From a virus, in the IMG/VR virus record IMGVR_UViG_3300042691_047309, positions 32,001-96,000 of that record: DNA of 64,000 nucleotides; one strand, written 5' to 3'. Positions 48,863 through 58,820 of this stretch are shown here, piece after piece. The notes under the pieces are model-generated. The model had not been told where the DNA came from, did not search any database, and saw only the letters and a list, made by a program, of their open reading frames with translations. Position 1 is the stretch's first letter; the number at the start of each line of letters is the position of its first letter. A program made the translations under genes and the position numbers.

Positions 48863-49409
48863 TGTGTTTTTCAATCTGAAGAGCACTTAACTCAACAAGA
48901 TTTTTTCTACCAAAAATCATAACTTCAACCTTGACTTTTTGGTCTTTAATACTTTCTACTGTTCCTGTAAATCCTGTAAAAGGACCATCAAGAACTTTAA
49001 CAGATTCACCGGAAATGAAGTGGTCAAATTGTTCGGCTACTACTTCTTTTTCTTTTTGAATACCAAGCATTCTATCAACTTCTCCTTGTGTTAGAGACTG
49101 AATAGTTTTATCTCGTGATGTAAGAAATCCTGTAGCACCATTTACACCTTTTAAATAATATTTCAATTCACCAACAGCATTTGTTTCAACAAAAATATAT
49201 CCTGGATACATTACTTTTTCACGTTGAACTTTTTTACCATTCTTTAAATGAAAAGATTTTTCAGTTGGAACAATTACTCTACCTATTTTACCCATTAAGT
49301 CACCAGTTTCACCATCTTTGACAATTCTTTCCGAAACAGATCTTTCTCTGTTTGATTGCGCTCTAACGATATACCATTTCATTGTTTTAACATTTTCTAA
49401 AGTTTCCAT
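48855..49409 (-). CDS. nusG: Transcription termination/antitermination factor NusG
   Basis: KWYIVRAQS, MYPGYIFVE, KOW GESVKVLDGPFTGF, VMIFGR. Confidence 0.92.
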   Translation of the reverse strand: METLENVKTMKWYIVRAQSNRERSVSERIVKDGETGDLMGKIGRVIVPTEKSFHLKNGKKVQREKVMYPGYIFVETNAVGELKYYLKGVNGATGFLTSRDKTIQSLTQGEVDRMLGIQKEKEVVAEQFDHFISGESVKVLDGPFTGFTGTVESIKDQKVKVEVMIFGRKNLVELSALQIEKHND

Positions 49410-49420
49410 ATTAATTTAAT

Positions 49421-49819
49421 TTATTGTTTTTCTAATTTTTTATAATAATTTAATTCTTCTTTTACAAAATCAAAGTGATTTTCTATTAAATAGTCTAAGT
49501 CAATATCTTTAATTTTTAATCTAAGTAAAAGAAGTTTGTAGTCATTATCGGGTATAAGTGGCTTTTCCTTTTCACTTTTTGACCAAATCCAACTAGGATA
49601 AGGTTTTGATTTCATAAAGTGATACCATAAATCTAAACCCGATACTTTATCTATTGCTTTAAGATTCAAAAGTTGAGCTTTATCAGGAAATCTTTTAGAA
49701 AGAATTCGGTTAATGATGAAAAAAAATTCACTTTTTTGTTCATCACTAACCCACTTCCAATTTTCTTTCTCTTTAAACATCGCATTTGTTAATGCAAGTA
49801 AGTGATTTTCAATTATCAT
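49421..49819 (-). CDS. Possible clamp-loader small subunit (T4 gp62-like)
   Basis: FFIINRILS motif, size and replication-gene context. Confidence 0.45.
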   Translation of the reverse strand: MIIENHLLALTNAMFKEKENWKWVSDEQKSEFFFIINRILSKRFPDKAQLLNLKAIDKVSGLDLWYHFMKSKPYPSWIWSKSEKEKPLIPDNDYKLLLLRLKIKDIDLDYLIENHFDFVKEELNYYKKLEKQ

Positions 49820-50787
49820 TTTCCTTCAAATTTGCTTTCCATTTTATCAATAATTTCTTGAGGTAAGTTTTCTAATCTCAAATCTATTAATTTAACATTA
49901 CCTTGAATGTTTTCTACAATAGTTTCAATTTGTGTTTTACTCAATTTCTTTTTCTCACAAATCAAATCAGCTATATTCTCATATAGATCAGGATCTTCTA
50001 AACTAATCTCACCAAATTCTAAAAGATAATTATCATAGATTGTTTTGGCACCTTTGGCTCCAATTCCTCTCTTTTTGCCGTTTTTAACTTGAGACCAAAC
50101 AGATCCAATATTATCAGATTGGTCTCCTGAAATTATCTTAACCACTAATGATTCCATAGGATCAATTTCAACAATTTCATATTTAGTTAAGAATCTATTA
50201 AGTAAAGTCAAATAATCAGAGTTATCATTTAGATTAAAAATATCATCATTTGGTAAATTTTTAACTTCTGAGATAAAAATCTGATAATTTTTTGGCATAA
50301 AAAGTTTTTCTTTATTATACATTTCATTTGTCATAATATTAATCCAAAGTGGATCGATTGAATACCCAACAATTTGTTTGATATCATGGTCATTAGAAAC
50401 AATAATTGTAGATCGACCTTCTTCATTTGCTTTAGTTGTTAAAAATGAAATCCAATCATCTCCTTCAACATGAGGTGCTTCTAAAATTTTCACTAATCCA
50501 GACATTGATTGTTTGAATTCATCATAAGCATTATAAACAAAAGACCAATCAATATCATTATCTTTTTTTCGATTAGCTTTATAAGCTTTTGTTAGTTGTT
50601 TTCTCCAAGATTTTTCTTTAGAGTCTGATACAAGATAAACATTAGCAAACGGATACCACTTTCTATAGTTGTTAATCGCGTTTTCTAATGATTTATGTAG
50701 TGCGCCGTACAGTAAGTTGTTTTTGTGAAGTGTGAAAACCAATCTTGACAAGATATAATTTCCATCTATTACTAAGTCACATATCAT
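49816..50787 (-). CDS. T4-type RNase H / 5'-3' flap exonuclease
   Basis: LVIDGN, SWRK..YKANRK, EGDD, SNDHDIKQ, GDQSDNI. Confidence 0.85.
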   Translation of the reverse strand: MICDLVIDGNYILSRLVFTLHKNNLLYGALHKSLENAINNYRKWYPFANVYLVSDSKEKSWRKQLTKAYKANRKKDNDIDWSFVYNAYDEFKQSMSGLVKILEAPHVEGDDWISFLTTKANEEGRSTIIVSNDHDIKQIVGYSIDPLWINIMTNEMYNKEKLFMPKNYQIFISEVKNLPNDDIFNLNDNSDYLTLLNRFLTKYEIVEIDPMESLVVKIISGDQSDNIGSVWSQVKNGKKRGIGAKGAKTIYDNYLLEFGEISLEDPDLYENIADLICEKKKLSKTQIETIVENIQGNVKLIDLRLENLPQEIIDKMESKFEGK

Positions 50788-50828
50788 TAAAATATAATTA
50801 TTTTTTAATTATATCTATTAATCTGGAC

Positions 50829-51197
50829 TTAGTTTATAATATCATCTATCTTTTTGTCCCTTTCTAACCACTTAAACTTTTTCTCTAAATAGTCTTCAAT
50901 TTCAGATGGAAAGAAAGTATTATTTTTATGTAATTCATCTAAAAAAGGTTTTCCTAAAACATTAAGTATAGCAATATTAGTTATTAAATTCGAATCTCTA
51001 TAGTGACCGTTATTTGACACTTCAACATCTTCACCTAAAATATGATAAGTTATTTTTGAAGCTCCTATTGTAAATGATGAACCATTATAAACCAAACTTG
51101 TCCCAGAAACCGTAGTCGATGTATTTGAGGATGAGCCAGTAATTGCAAAGATACCGGGAGGTATTTGTAGATTGGTTTGTTTTTTAGCCATATCCAT
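50829..51197 (-). CDS. Hypothetical C-tagged protein
   Basis: Ser/Thr-rich N-terminus; ends ERDKKIDDIIN. Confidence 0.65.
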   Translation of the reverse strand: MDMAKKQTNLQIPPGIFAITGSSSNTSTTVSGTSLVYNGSSFTIGASKITYHILGEDVEVSNNGHYRDSNLITNIAILNVLGKPFLDELHKNNTFFPSEIEDYLEKKFKWLERDKKIDDIIN

Positions 51198-51220
51198 TCT
51201 ATCTAAAATCAGATAAAAGT

Positions 51221-52825
51221 TTATTTAACTATTGTGTGTGGTGCTGACCAATCCGACTCTGATTTAGCAAATCTGATAATTGATGATACTATGTGATTTC
51301 TATCATCTTCTGGTAGTCTTTCTACAAAATCTGTAAAGAAAATAGCTTGAAGTCTTGAGTTTATAGCAGAATCTTTTTCTTTTGTGAGATCGTTATAGAA
51401 TATAGTCTTCAATTCAGCTTTAGTAAATTCATAGTTTTGATCCATATACTCTTTAAGATTTTCTAAGTCTTTTGATTTTCTAATATATGTCAGTATAGTA
51501 TATGGGTTTATTGAGACATCTTTTCCAGTTATTTGTATTGTGAAGTTTTTATTTAATTCAAATTTGATAAGAGCTCCTGCTTTTCCAGACATATGCTCTG
51601 CTTTTGAAGAACCTTTAACCTCTAAAGAAATGGCTTGCTCTAATCCAGTCACAAAAGTCCTAACATCAATTTCTCCAGCTCCTTTAATTTGTGGCTCAAC
51701 TTTTTCCTCAGCCCCGTCTTCAATTAATTGACCAAGCAAAGCATAGTCATAATAAATCTTAGTTCCAGTTGTATTAGGACTTGCTTTGTATTTATTATAC
51801 ATATGTACGAATTTAGAAGCAGTGTCTGTATTAACTGGGAAAAATCCTGATTGTCTTTTAGTTTGTTGTTTTAGTGATACACCAACAACTCCAGTTGCAT
51901 TCTTAATTGATTCTCCTAAAAAGTCATTTAGTTCCTGTAAAGAAGTCACACCTAATCTTTTAAATCTTTTTTCAACAGAATTTGTACTTAAATCTCTACA
52001 AGTCCATTCATACCCTTTAAATACTAACCAACAATCCGATGGATTCCATTTTGCAATATTTATTCTATCTGGAAGTGATGTGAATGATGAAATACCTTTT
52101 GATATTTTTTCTTTTTCTTCTTTAAGTGTATTTAAGAAAAAAGTATTAACAGAATATTTTGAAGAGTTTTTATAAATTCCAGATAAATCACTGATACTGT
52201 CTTTATAAACATCAATAATCGACTGACATTGTTTTAACATACCTTCAACAATATTTACATTATCTTCTTCGTATTTTTCAAATTTTTGTTTAATATCATT
52301 TCTGTATTTACCAATAGTCGCTTTTCTATAACCATCAATACCTTGACCAAATTCAATTGGTACTCTACCATCGTGATTGTAACATTCGATTGCAATTCCA
52401 TAATCTTCCCACAATTTGAAAGTAAAAAGTATAACAAATACAGTTTCTCTAAAGTAATCACCTCTGGCTGATGCTCCTTTTCTATCTAACTGTTTAATCA
52501 TAACAGTTTTGATTCCTTTTTTAGCTACAGCAAATGGAAATTTTAATGAAGTTGTTTTATAGATAAATAATTCAGACTTAGGATCTTTGATGTCATTTAT
52601 TTTAAGCACATCTGAAAAAGTAAGTATCTTTAAAGAAGCAGGTCTTATATTGATGACTTTTTCTTCTAAATTAGGTAATTCTTCAGTATAGAATAACTGA
52701 AGTTTTGTTGTTACTTCAACATCATCTTCTTTAACTTCGGTCTTACCATCTCTTGAAAGAGCATAGTTTATATTCCTTTTATTATCATCTAAAGTAGCCT
52801 CAAATAACGACTTAATATACTTCAT
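51221..52825 (-). CDS. N-tagged protein with PD-(D/E)xK-like nuclease motifs
   Basis: MKYIKSLFEA; KWNPSDCWLV..GVSLKQ; TTAATATATA at 52832-52841. Confidence 0.55.
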   Translation of the reverse strand: MKYIKSLFEATLDDNKRNINYALSRDGKTEVKEDDVEVTTKLQLFYTEELPNLEEKVINIRPASLKILTFSDVLKINDIKDPKSELFIYKTTSLKFPFAVAKKGIKTVMIKQLDRKGASARGDYFRETVFVILFTFKLWEDYGIAIECYNHDGRVPIEFGQGIDGYRKATIGKYRNDIKQKFEKYEEDNVNIVEGMLKQCQSIIDVYKDSISDLSGIYKNSSKYSVNTFFLNTLKEEKEKISKGISSFTSLPDRINIAKWNPSDCWLVFKGYEWTCRDLSTNSVEKRFKRLGVTSLQELNDFLGESIKNATGVVGVSLKQQTKRQSGFFPVNTDTASKFVHMYNKYKASPNTTGTKIYYDYALLGQLIEDGAEEKVEPQIKGAGEIDVRTFVTGLEQAISLEVKGSSKAEHMSGKAGALIKFELNKNFTIQITGKDVSINPYTILTYIRKSKDLENLKEYMDQNYEFTKAELKTIFYNDLTKEKDSAINSRLQAIFFTDFVERLPEDDRNHIVSSIIRFAKSESDWSAPHTIVK

Positions 52826-52848
52826 ATAGAGTATATATTAATTTTTAC

Positions 52849-53370
52849 TTACAAAATCTTATTTATTTGGATTTCTCTCCAAAGAGTTCTAAATTCTTCT
52901 CTTATTTCAAAATCATAATCGTAGCAATCCTTTTGTTGATAATAATCGTAATAGCTTTTCTGAATTTTCTTATTTATCTCTTCGTACTTTGGTTTTACAA
53001 GATACCAAGCATCATTTTTCTCTGACCAATCTATTAGATTTTTAATTAAGTCAAAGTTTATTTTTTTAAATCCATTAAGGAATTTAGGATTAGCCCACGA
53101 ATAAAAGTAACTTCTTATTATCTCATTCTTGAAATCAAAAAATCCAGATGGATTGGTAGATAGTGGTGTAGTGAAGTAAAACTCTTCACAACTCCTCATA
53201 AGTATTTTAGTTAATTCTATTACTTTTTTAGGTAATTTATTTTCTAAAATAATATGAGGCACATCATCTATTAAAATACAAATTGGAATCTTTTGAATTT
53301 TTTTGAAATATATTATTCCTTTTGAAAAGGACCAATCTTCATTACTCGGTAGTATTTTATTTAAGTCCAT
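52849..53370 (-). CDS. Hypothetical C-tagged protein
   Basis: Ends WREIQINKIL. Confidence 0.65.
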   Translation of the reverse strand: MDLNKILPSNEDWSFSKGIIYFKKIQKIPICILIDDVPHIILENKLPKKVIELTKILMRSCEEFYFTTPLSTNPSGFFDFKNEIIRSYFYSWANPKFLNGFKKINFDLIKNLIDWSEKNDAWYLVKPKYEEINKKIQKSYYDYYQQKDCYDYDFEIREEFRTLWREIQINKIL

Positions 53371-53683
53371 TTTCTTTTAGTATTTTAAAAAACAAAACCT
53401 TATTATATTCTCTAAGCTCAAATTTTCTTTTTCCGTCTCTATAATATGGTTTATTCCTATTTGGTGAGTATTTCACTTTACTTTTTGAATCCCACATAGA
53501 TGTAGTAATTGTTTTAGAATGAAAATAATCTTGCTTTTCTAAAAAATCAACTATAAGAATTTTTTTAAAGTAATTTTTATTAGCATCTTCAGAATACCAA
53601 TATCTATAACCTTGTGTGTGTCTTTTTAAACGACTCACAATTACTCTTTCTTCTATATGTCTCCGCCAGGCACGACCTCTCAT
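53357..53683 (-). CDS. Basic hypothetical protein
   Basis: 108 aa; TATATTTG on minus strand at 53689-53696. Confidence 0.65.
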   Translation of the reverse strand: MRGRAWRRHIEERVIVSRLKRHTQGYRYWYSEDANKNYFKKILIVDFLEKQDYFHSKTITTSMWDSKSKVKYSPNRNKPYYRDGKRKFELREYNKVLFFKILKENGLK

Positions 53684-53700
53684 AATCGCAAATATAAGAT

Positions 53701-53973
53701 TTATTTTAGAATTTCAGAAATCTTCTCATCTCTATCTATTGAATAAGTATCTATAATGAAAATTGGACTACCATCTATTCTTGACCTACTTATAAACTTA
53801 GCCCAGTATTTCTGACCAAAGTATTTTTTATCAATAAGGTTTTTTCTTACCGTTTCATCTTCAGAACTCCAATCGTATCGATGATTTAAGTCATCAATAA
53901 TTTCAAAAGATTTGTCGAAACAAATAAGTTGGTCTTTGGATTCTAAACCAATTTTTTTTATTAGAATTGTCAT
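53701..53973 (-). CDS. Hypothetical C-tagged protein
   Basis: Start reassigned to MTILIKK (ATGA overlap with topoisomerase stop); ends DRDEKISEILK. Confidence 0.6.
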   Translation of the reverse strand: MTILIKKIGLESKDQLICFDKSFEIIDDLNHRYDWSSEDETVRKNLIDKKYFGQKYWAKFISRSRIDGSPIFIIDTYSIDRDEKISEILK

Positions 53974-55814
53974 TTCAGTAATTCTACTTTTCTTAAGTCT
54001 GAATTCTTTCCAAACCAAGTTTCAAGTGATGATTTTGAAGCCTCATCTTTTGTAATCATTGTCATTCTTGGCGAATTAATGATATCTTGATACTCATCAT
54101 CGACAAGAGCTGCCAAACCTTTCTTATACTTAATCTCGTATTGTTTTGGATCATTCTTACTTTCCCATTCATTGTATTCGGTCTGTGAGTAAAAAAGAAT
54201 TTTCTTTTTACCCTTTTGTTTTGGAATGGCAACAACAATCGGAGTTTCTACTTTCCAAATCATTTTCCTGTCAAACATATCTGGCCAATATTTATGAAAG
54301 AAGTTAATAAGAAGTCCCGCGATGGAATTCCCATCGACATCAGCATCTACATAAAAAAGTATTCGACCATATCTTAAAGATTTTAAATCAATTTCTTGAC
54401 CTAACTTCAGTCCAATTGCCGCCATCAAATTAACCACTTCATCATTTCCAACCAGTTTTTGATTAGTCATCTCAGATACATTAACAAACTTTCCTTTAAG
54501 TGCAAAAGCACCCATCGTCTCCGGAGTCCTGTATTTTCTAAAAGCTGAAATAGCGGAGTCTCCCTCGAATAATCCAATGGAACATTTCCAACGATCTTTT
54601 CCTTTAGCATCAATTAGTTTTTCAACTTTGATTTTAGATAACTTTTTATTTAATTCTCTTTGAAGTTTTGAGTCTTCAGCACTTTTCTTTTGTTGAATCC
54701 AGTCTAAAATAGAATTGACAATCTCAGATTTAAGAATAGATTGGATTAATTTATTTGGAACCTCATAAGTTGAACCAAAGTCTTTAACTTCTGTAATTAG
54801 TTTCTCTTTTGTTTGAGAAGAAAATGATGGATTAATTATAGTAGAATCTAAGAAAAGAAACATATGTTGTTTTAACTCTGAGGGTTTAACATCAACTTTG
54901 TGTTTTTTCATAAAGAATTCTCTTAGAGATACTACTATTTGATTCATAATATAATCAACGTGTGTTCCTCCATCATAAGTTTCTGTTGAGTTAGCAAAAC
55001 TAACTTGTTGAAATCCATTTTCGGAAAGAGCAATTGCAAATGACCAGTTTTTATCTTTTGATGTTTCATAGAAATAATCTTTGACATATAATTTTATGTA
55101 ATCTTCAAATGAATTGAAATTTATCAAATTCCCATTAAATGTGAATTTGATACTTGGGTTTGTTCCTGCTAAATCATAAACTCTTTTCTCTAACATTTTG
55201 AAATGATCATTATCTATTTTAGACAATCCAAACTGAGATAGGTCTGGTTTATATTTTATTTCTGTGTGATTTGACTTTGACTTTTTAACAATTGGATTAT
55301 TCCTATCTCTCATATTGTTTTTGAATGTTTGTGTAAAATGATTCTTACCATCACATGTAGAGATAGTGAATTCGACAGAGAAGACATTAGTAAGCTTTGC
55401 GCCTAGTCCATTTAAACCAGCTACTGTTCTCTCATCACTGTCATCATAATTACTACCCGACATTAAATTACCAAATATAACTTCTGGGACATATTGATCA
55501 TGTTCTTTGTGAATCACAACCGGTATCCCTCCATTATCTTTAACCGTTATCAAATTATTTTCAGTATCAACAACAACATCTATTTTATTTAAACTTTTGT
55601 TTCTTTTGTGTTCATCAACTGAATTTGTAACAACTTCGTCAAATATTTTAACAAATGATGGTATATATGTTATTTCTCTTTGTAAGATTTTATTATCATC
55701 TATTATGTTTTTAACAGAGGTATTGGGTTTATTCGAACCAACATATGTCTGTGGTCTGAGTAAGATATGTGTTATTTGATCTAATACTTTATACTTATCT
55801 TCTATTTTTTTCAC
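53970..55814 (-). CDS. Type II DNA topoisomerase ATPase/TOPRIM subunit (T4 gp39+60 / GyrB-like)
   Basis: HILLRPQTYVG, FDEVVTNSVD, DNGGIP, GLNGLGAK, EGDSA, DADVDG, KGL. Confidence 0.92.
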   Translation of the reverse strand: MKKIEDKYKVLDQITHILLRPQTYVGSNKPNTSVKNIIDDNKILQREITYIPSFVKIFDEVVTNSVDEHKRNKSLNKIDVVVDTENNLITVKDNGGIPVVIHKEHDQYVPEVIFGNLMSGSNYDDSDERTVAGLNGLGAKLTNVFSVEFTISTCDGKNHFTQTFKNNMRDRNNPIVKKSKSNHTEIKYKPDLSQFGLSKIDNDHFKMLEKRVYDLAGTNPSIKFTFNGNLINFNSFEDYIKLYVKDYFYETSKDKNWSFAIALSENGFQQVSFANSTETYDGGTHVDYIMNQIVVSLREFFMKKHKVDVKPSELKQHMFLFLDSTIINPSFSSQTKEKLITEVKDFGSTYEVPNKLIQSILKSEIVNSILDWIQQKKSAEDSKLQRELNKKLSKIKVEKLIDAKGKDRWKCSIGLFEGDSAISAFRKYRTPETMGAFALKGKFVNVSEMTNQKLVGNDEVVNLMAAIGLKLGQEIDLKSLRYGRILFYVDADVDGNSIAGLLINFFHKYWPDMFDRKMIWKVETPIVVAIPKQKGKKKILFYSQTEYNEWESKNDPKQYEIKYKKGLAALVDDEYQDIINSPRMTMITKDEASKSSLETWFGKNSDLRKVELLK

Positions 55815-56949
55815 TTTTAAAAATTTCTTTTTTAATTATTTCTATTAATTCTGTTTGTTTTGTTTTTAAATCATCATCACTATATACATGAAAATATTTA
55901 AATCCAGCACTTTCCGCTATTTCTTTTTTTAATCTATCAATTTTTATTTTTTCATCATAACTCATACCATATGCACCCACCCAATCTAAATCATTTTCTT
56001 TAGGATGAAAAGAAATACCATGATATTCAATTATTATTTTTAATGGTTTGATAGTAAAGTCATAAAAAAATAAACATTTATCTAAGTTTATAAACCACTC
56101 TTTTGATGACCCAACTCCCCAATAAATATCATTTTTATCAATTCCATTATTTCTAATATATTTATATATCTCTTTTAAAAAATAGTATGCTTCTTTAGAT
56201 GATTTGTTTATACCAACAACTCTTTTTGATGTTATTTGATTAAATATCTTATTTCCTTCTTCTAATCCATATTTATCTATATAAAATTTTCTCGAAGAGG
56301 TATATGATAATTGATTTAATCTATTATTATATTTAATCAATCCTTCCTCATCACCATATCTATTCACAAAAGACTCCAATGAATTAGTATTTTGTCTTTC
56401 ATTTAGTTTTTTTATAGATTCTTCTTCGCTAAATCCTCTTTTTAACCAATATTGTAATTGTGTCTCGGTTCTATCAATATATTTTTCCGGATATTCTATT
56501 GCTTTTTTAATAAATTTTTCTGAGTTTTCTTTCTGAAATTCTTTTACTTTATTTTCAGAGTCTATATTATTATATCCTCTTTCTATCCAGTATTCTATAT
56601 TACATTTTCTAAAAGATCTTATTTTAAATAATGCCTCTTCTTCTGTATAAAAATTTCCAGTTTTTTCATTTATTTTATTTTTCCAATTTTCAACTTTCAT
56701 TGGAGATGATGGCATTTTTTTAACTACTCTTTTTAGATTTGTTTCTTCTTCTGACCATCCTCTTTTAATCCAATATATTTTTTTATCAGATCCCACTGGT
56801 GGTAAGTCAAGCATTTTTCTAACAAATTGTAAAATTTTATATTTACATTTGATATCAGTTTTTAAAATAGCATCTATAACTTTCTTCTCAACTTCTGGAT
56901 GGAGATTTTTAACTTTATTATCTATAACTTCTTTTACTTTATCAATCAC
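55795..56949 (-). CDS. Putative homing endonuclease (YWxxRG repeats, Vsr/PD-(D/E)xK-like C-terminus)
   Basis: Three YW[IL]xRG repeats, [RK]YG.EEG repeats, FYDF..IIEYHGISFH. Confidence 0.65.
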   Translation of the reverse strand: MIDKVKEVIDNKVKNLHPEVEKKVIDAILKTDIKCKYKILQFVRKMLDLPPVGSDKKIYWIKRGWSEEETNLKRVVKKMPSSPMKVENWKNKINEKTGNFYTEEEALFKIRSFRKCNIEYWIERGYNNIDSENKVKEFQKENSEKFIKKAIEYPEKYIDRTETQLQYWLKRGFSEEESIKKLNERQNTNSLESFVNRYGDEEGLIKYNNRLNQLSYTSSRKFYIDKYGLEEGNKIFNQITSKRVVGINKSSKEAYYFLKEIYKYIRNNGIDKNDIYWGVGSSKEWFINLDKCLFFYDFTIKPLKIIIEYHGISFHPKENDLDWVGAYGMSYDEKIKIDRLKKEIAESAGFKYFHVYSDDDLKTKQTELIEIIKKEIFKSEKNRR

Positions 56950-57048
56950 AACTAATGGTTCCGTTTTTACTTATATATTAAATAAAAAAGATATAATTTA
57001 TCCATAGTAGATTTAGTTTGTGATTGAAAGAAAGTATTTGTTTATTTC

Positions 57049-57744
57049 CTACATTGATTCAACATCATCCCAATTATCTTCTCCTTTTAAAGGAATACGA
57101 GGATTTACATCAAAATTTTGATTTAAAAATTGCTTTAATTCATTTTCGATATAATTATCTGGAACAACCATATCTGGATTTTCCAAACTCATTTTTTTAG
57201 ACAATTCAAATGAGAATTGTTGAAGAACTTCTGGTCTAATTGCAGCTACTAATCTATCCGATACAACAAATGCTCTTGTGAATCTATCTTTAACAGGTAT
57301 TTCTCCTTCAGCCACTTTCATTGAGCTATCTATAAAGCTTTTTAGAAAACCCTCATAACTATGTGATGAATCTTGTAAAATAGGTGCTAATATTTTATTA
57401 AAAGCTCTTGTAGATCCAAAAATCATTCCAAATATTGCTGCTATTGGAAAGAATGGAGCAAGAGCCATTGGAACTATTCTATGAATAGCTTTAACTATTC
57501 CAACTTTCAAGTCTGTTCTCTTTTTAGCTGTTTGTGCATCTAGGAATAAAGCTCTTAGCATCCCAAATTTAATTTGTTTATCTTGTGTTTTTAAATAATC
57601 AGCCAAGTGACCTCTGTGTGCAAAATAAAGATGACGATTGATTTCATCTTCGTCAGTTATGCCAAGTCTTTGTAATTCGGCTTTGAAATTATCATCAAAT
57701 TTCTCTAATATAAGGAACTGATTATACCTATTAATTTTTTTCAT
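57049..57744 (-). CDS. Hypothetical N-tagged protein with a hydrophobic segment
   Basis: MKKINRYNQFLILEK; TTAATATATA at 57750-57759. Confidence 0.65.
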   Translation of the reverse strand: MKKINRYNQFLILEKFDDNFKAELQRLGITDEDEINRHLYFAHRGHLADYLKTQDKQIKFGMLRALFLDAQTAKKRTDLKVGIVKAIHRIVPMALAPFFPIAAIFGMIFGSTRAFNKILAPILQDSSHSYEGFLKSFIDSSMKVAEGEIPVKDRFTRAFVVSDRLVAAIRPEVLQQFSFELSKKMSLENPDMVVPDNYIENELKQFLNQNFDVNPRIPLKGEDNWDDVESM

Positions 57745-57854
57745 TAATCTATATATTAATTATTTAATATTAATTTAACATTTTAAAACCTTTTATAATT
57801 TGATTTTTTAATTGATTTTTAAACTAAGGTAATTTTTTATAGAATAAATAAGAT

Positions 57855-58820
57855 ATGAAAATTCTATATGGAATTCAACTTAACGGAAATGGTCATATAA
57901 CAAGATCTATAGAACTAATCAATAAATTAAAGTCAGTTGGATATGAGGTTGATGTTATATCTTCTGGTAATAACTCTAATTTAGAATTACCATTTGAACA
58001 TAATCATTTTGATGGGTTATCAATATTTTGTAATGACTCTGGATCAATTGATTGGAGAAAAACAATAAAACAAGCTAATATTATAAAATTAATAAAAGAT
58101 TCAATGCTAGATGTAAGTGGATATGACTTAGTTATATCTGACTTTGAGCCTATATCTGCTTGGTCTGCCAAAAGATGTGGTGTTAAATCATTAGGAATTG
58201 CTAATCAATATTCTTTAATGTCAAATAAGACACCTAAGATTAAAAGTTTATTCTCATTACAGTTTATAAGAAATTTTGCATCTTGTAGTGAATACATCGC
58301 ACTTAGTTATGAAAAATTTGATGATTTTATTTATCAGCCATTTATATCTGATTACTTTTTAAAAAGTGAAGTAAATGATAAGAAATTCTTTTTAATTTAT
58401 TTACCATCTTATAATTTAGATTATATACTAAACCAATTATCTGAATTTAAACAATATAAATGGAGAGTTTACTCCAATGAAGAACATTCAAATGAATTGA
58501 AAAATATAAAAGTTATAAAACTAAATAAAGATAAATTTCAAAAAGACTTAACTAATTGTAGTGGTGTTATAACCGCATCTGGTTTTTCAACAACATCAGA
58601 GGCTCTGATACTAAACAAAAAACTATGGTCAATTCCTATTCAAAGTCAGTATGAGCAATTATCTAATTCTTTACTATTGCAAAATATGGGTGTTTTTACT
58701 GATAATTTAAACAGTGATAACTTAAAAAATTGGCTAGATAATTATCAAAAAGTTGATTACAAATGGGAAAATCCAATAGAAGACATTCTATTAAAAATTA
58801 AAAACATATATGAAGGTTAA
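57855..58820 (+). CDS. Glycosyltransferase (MJ1255/VC2487-like, GT-B)
   Basis: KILYGIQLNGNGHITR, DLVISDFEP, SGFSTTSEAL, QYEQLSN. Confidence 0.85.
   Translation: MKILYGIQLNGNGHITRSIELINKLKSVGYEVDVISSGNNSNLELPFEHNHFDGLSIFCNDSGSIDWRKTIKQANIIKLIKDSMLDVSGYDLVISDFEPISAWSAKRCGVKSLGIANQYSLMSNKTPKIKSLFSLQFIRNFASCSEYIALSYEKFDDFIYQPFISDYFLKSEVNDKKFFLIYLPSYNLDYILNQLSEFKQYKWRVYSNEEHSNELKNIKVIKLNKDKFQKDLTNCSGVITASGFSTTSEALILNKKLWSIPIQSQYEQLSNSLLLQNMGVFTDNLNSDNLKNWLDNYQKVDYKWENPIEDILLKIKNIYEG

Noticed and set aside
720-55779. Short ORF-track entries overlapping long genes (for example 720..920, 7407..7604, 15528..15761, 35857..36198, 42515..42937, 51786..52175)
   Set aside because: Antisense or alternate-frame shadows of well-supported genes, with no motifs or promoters
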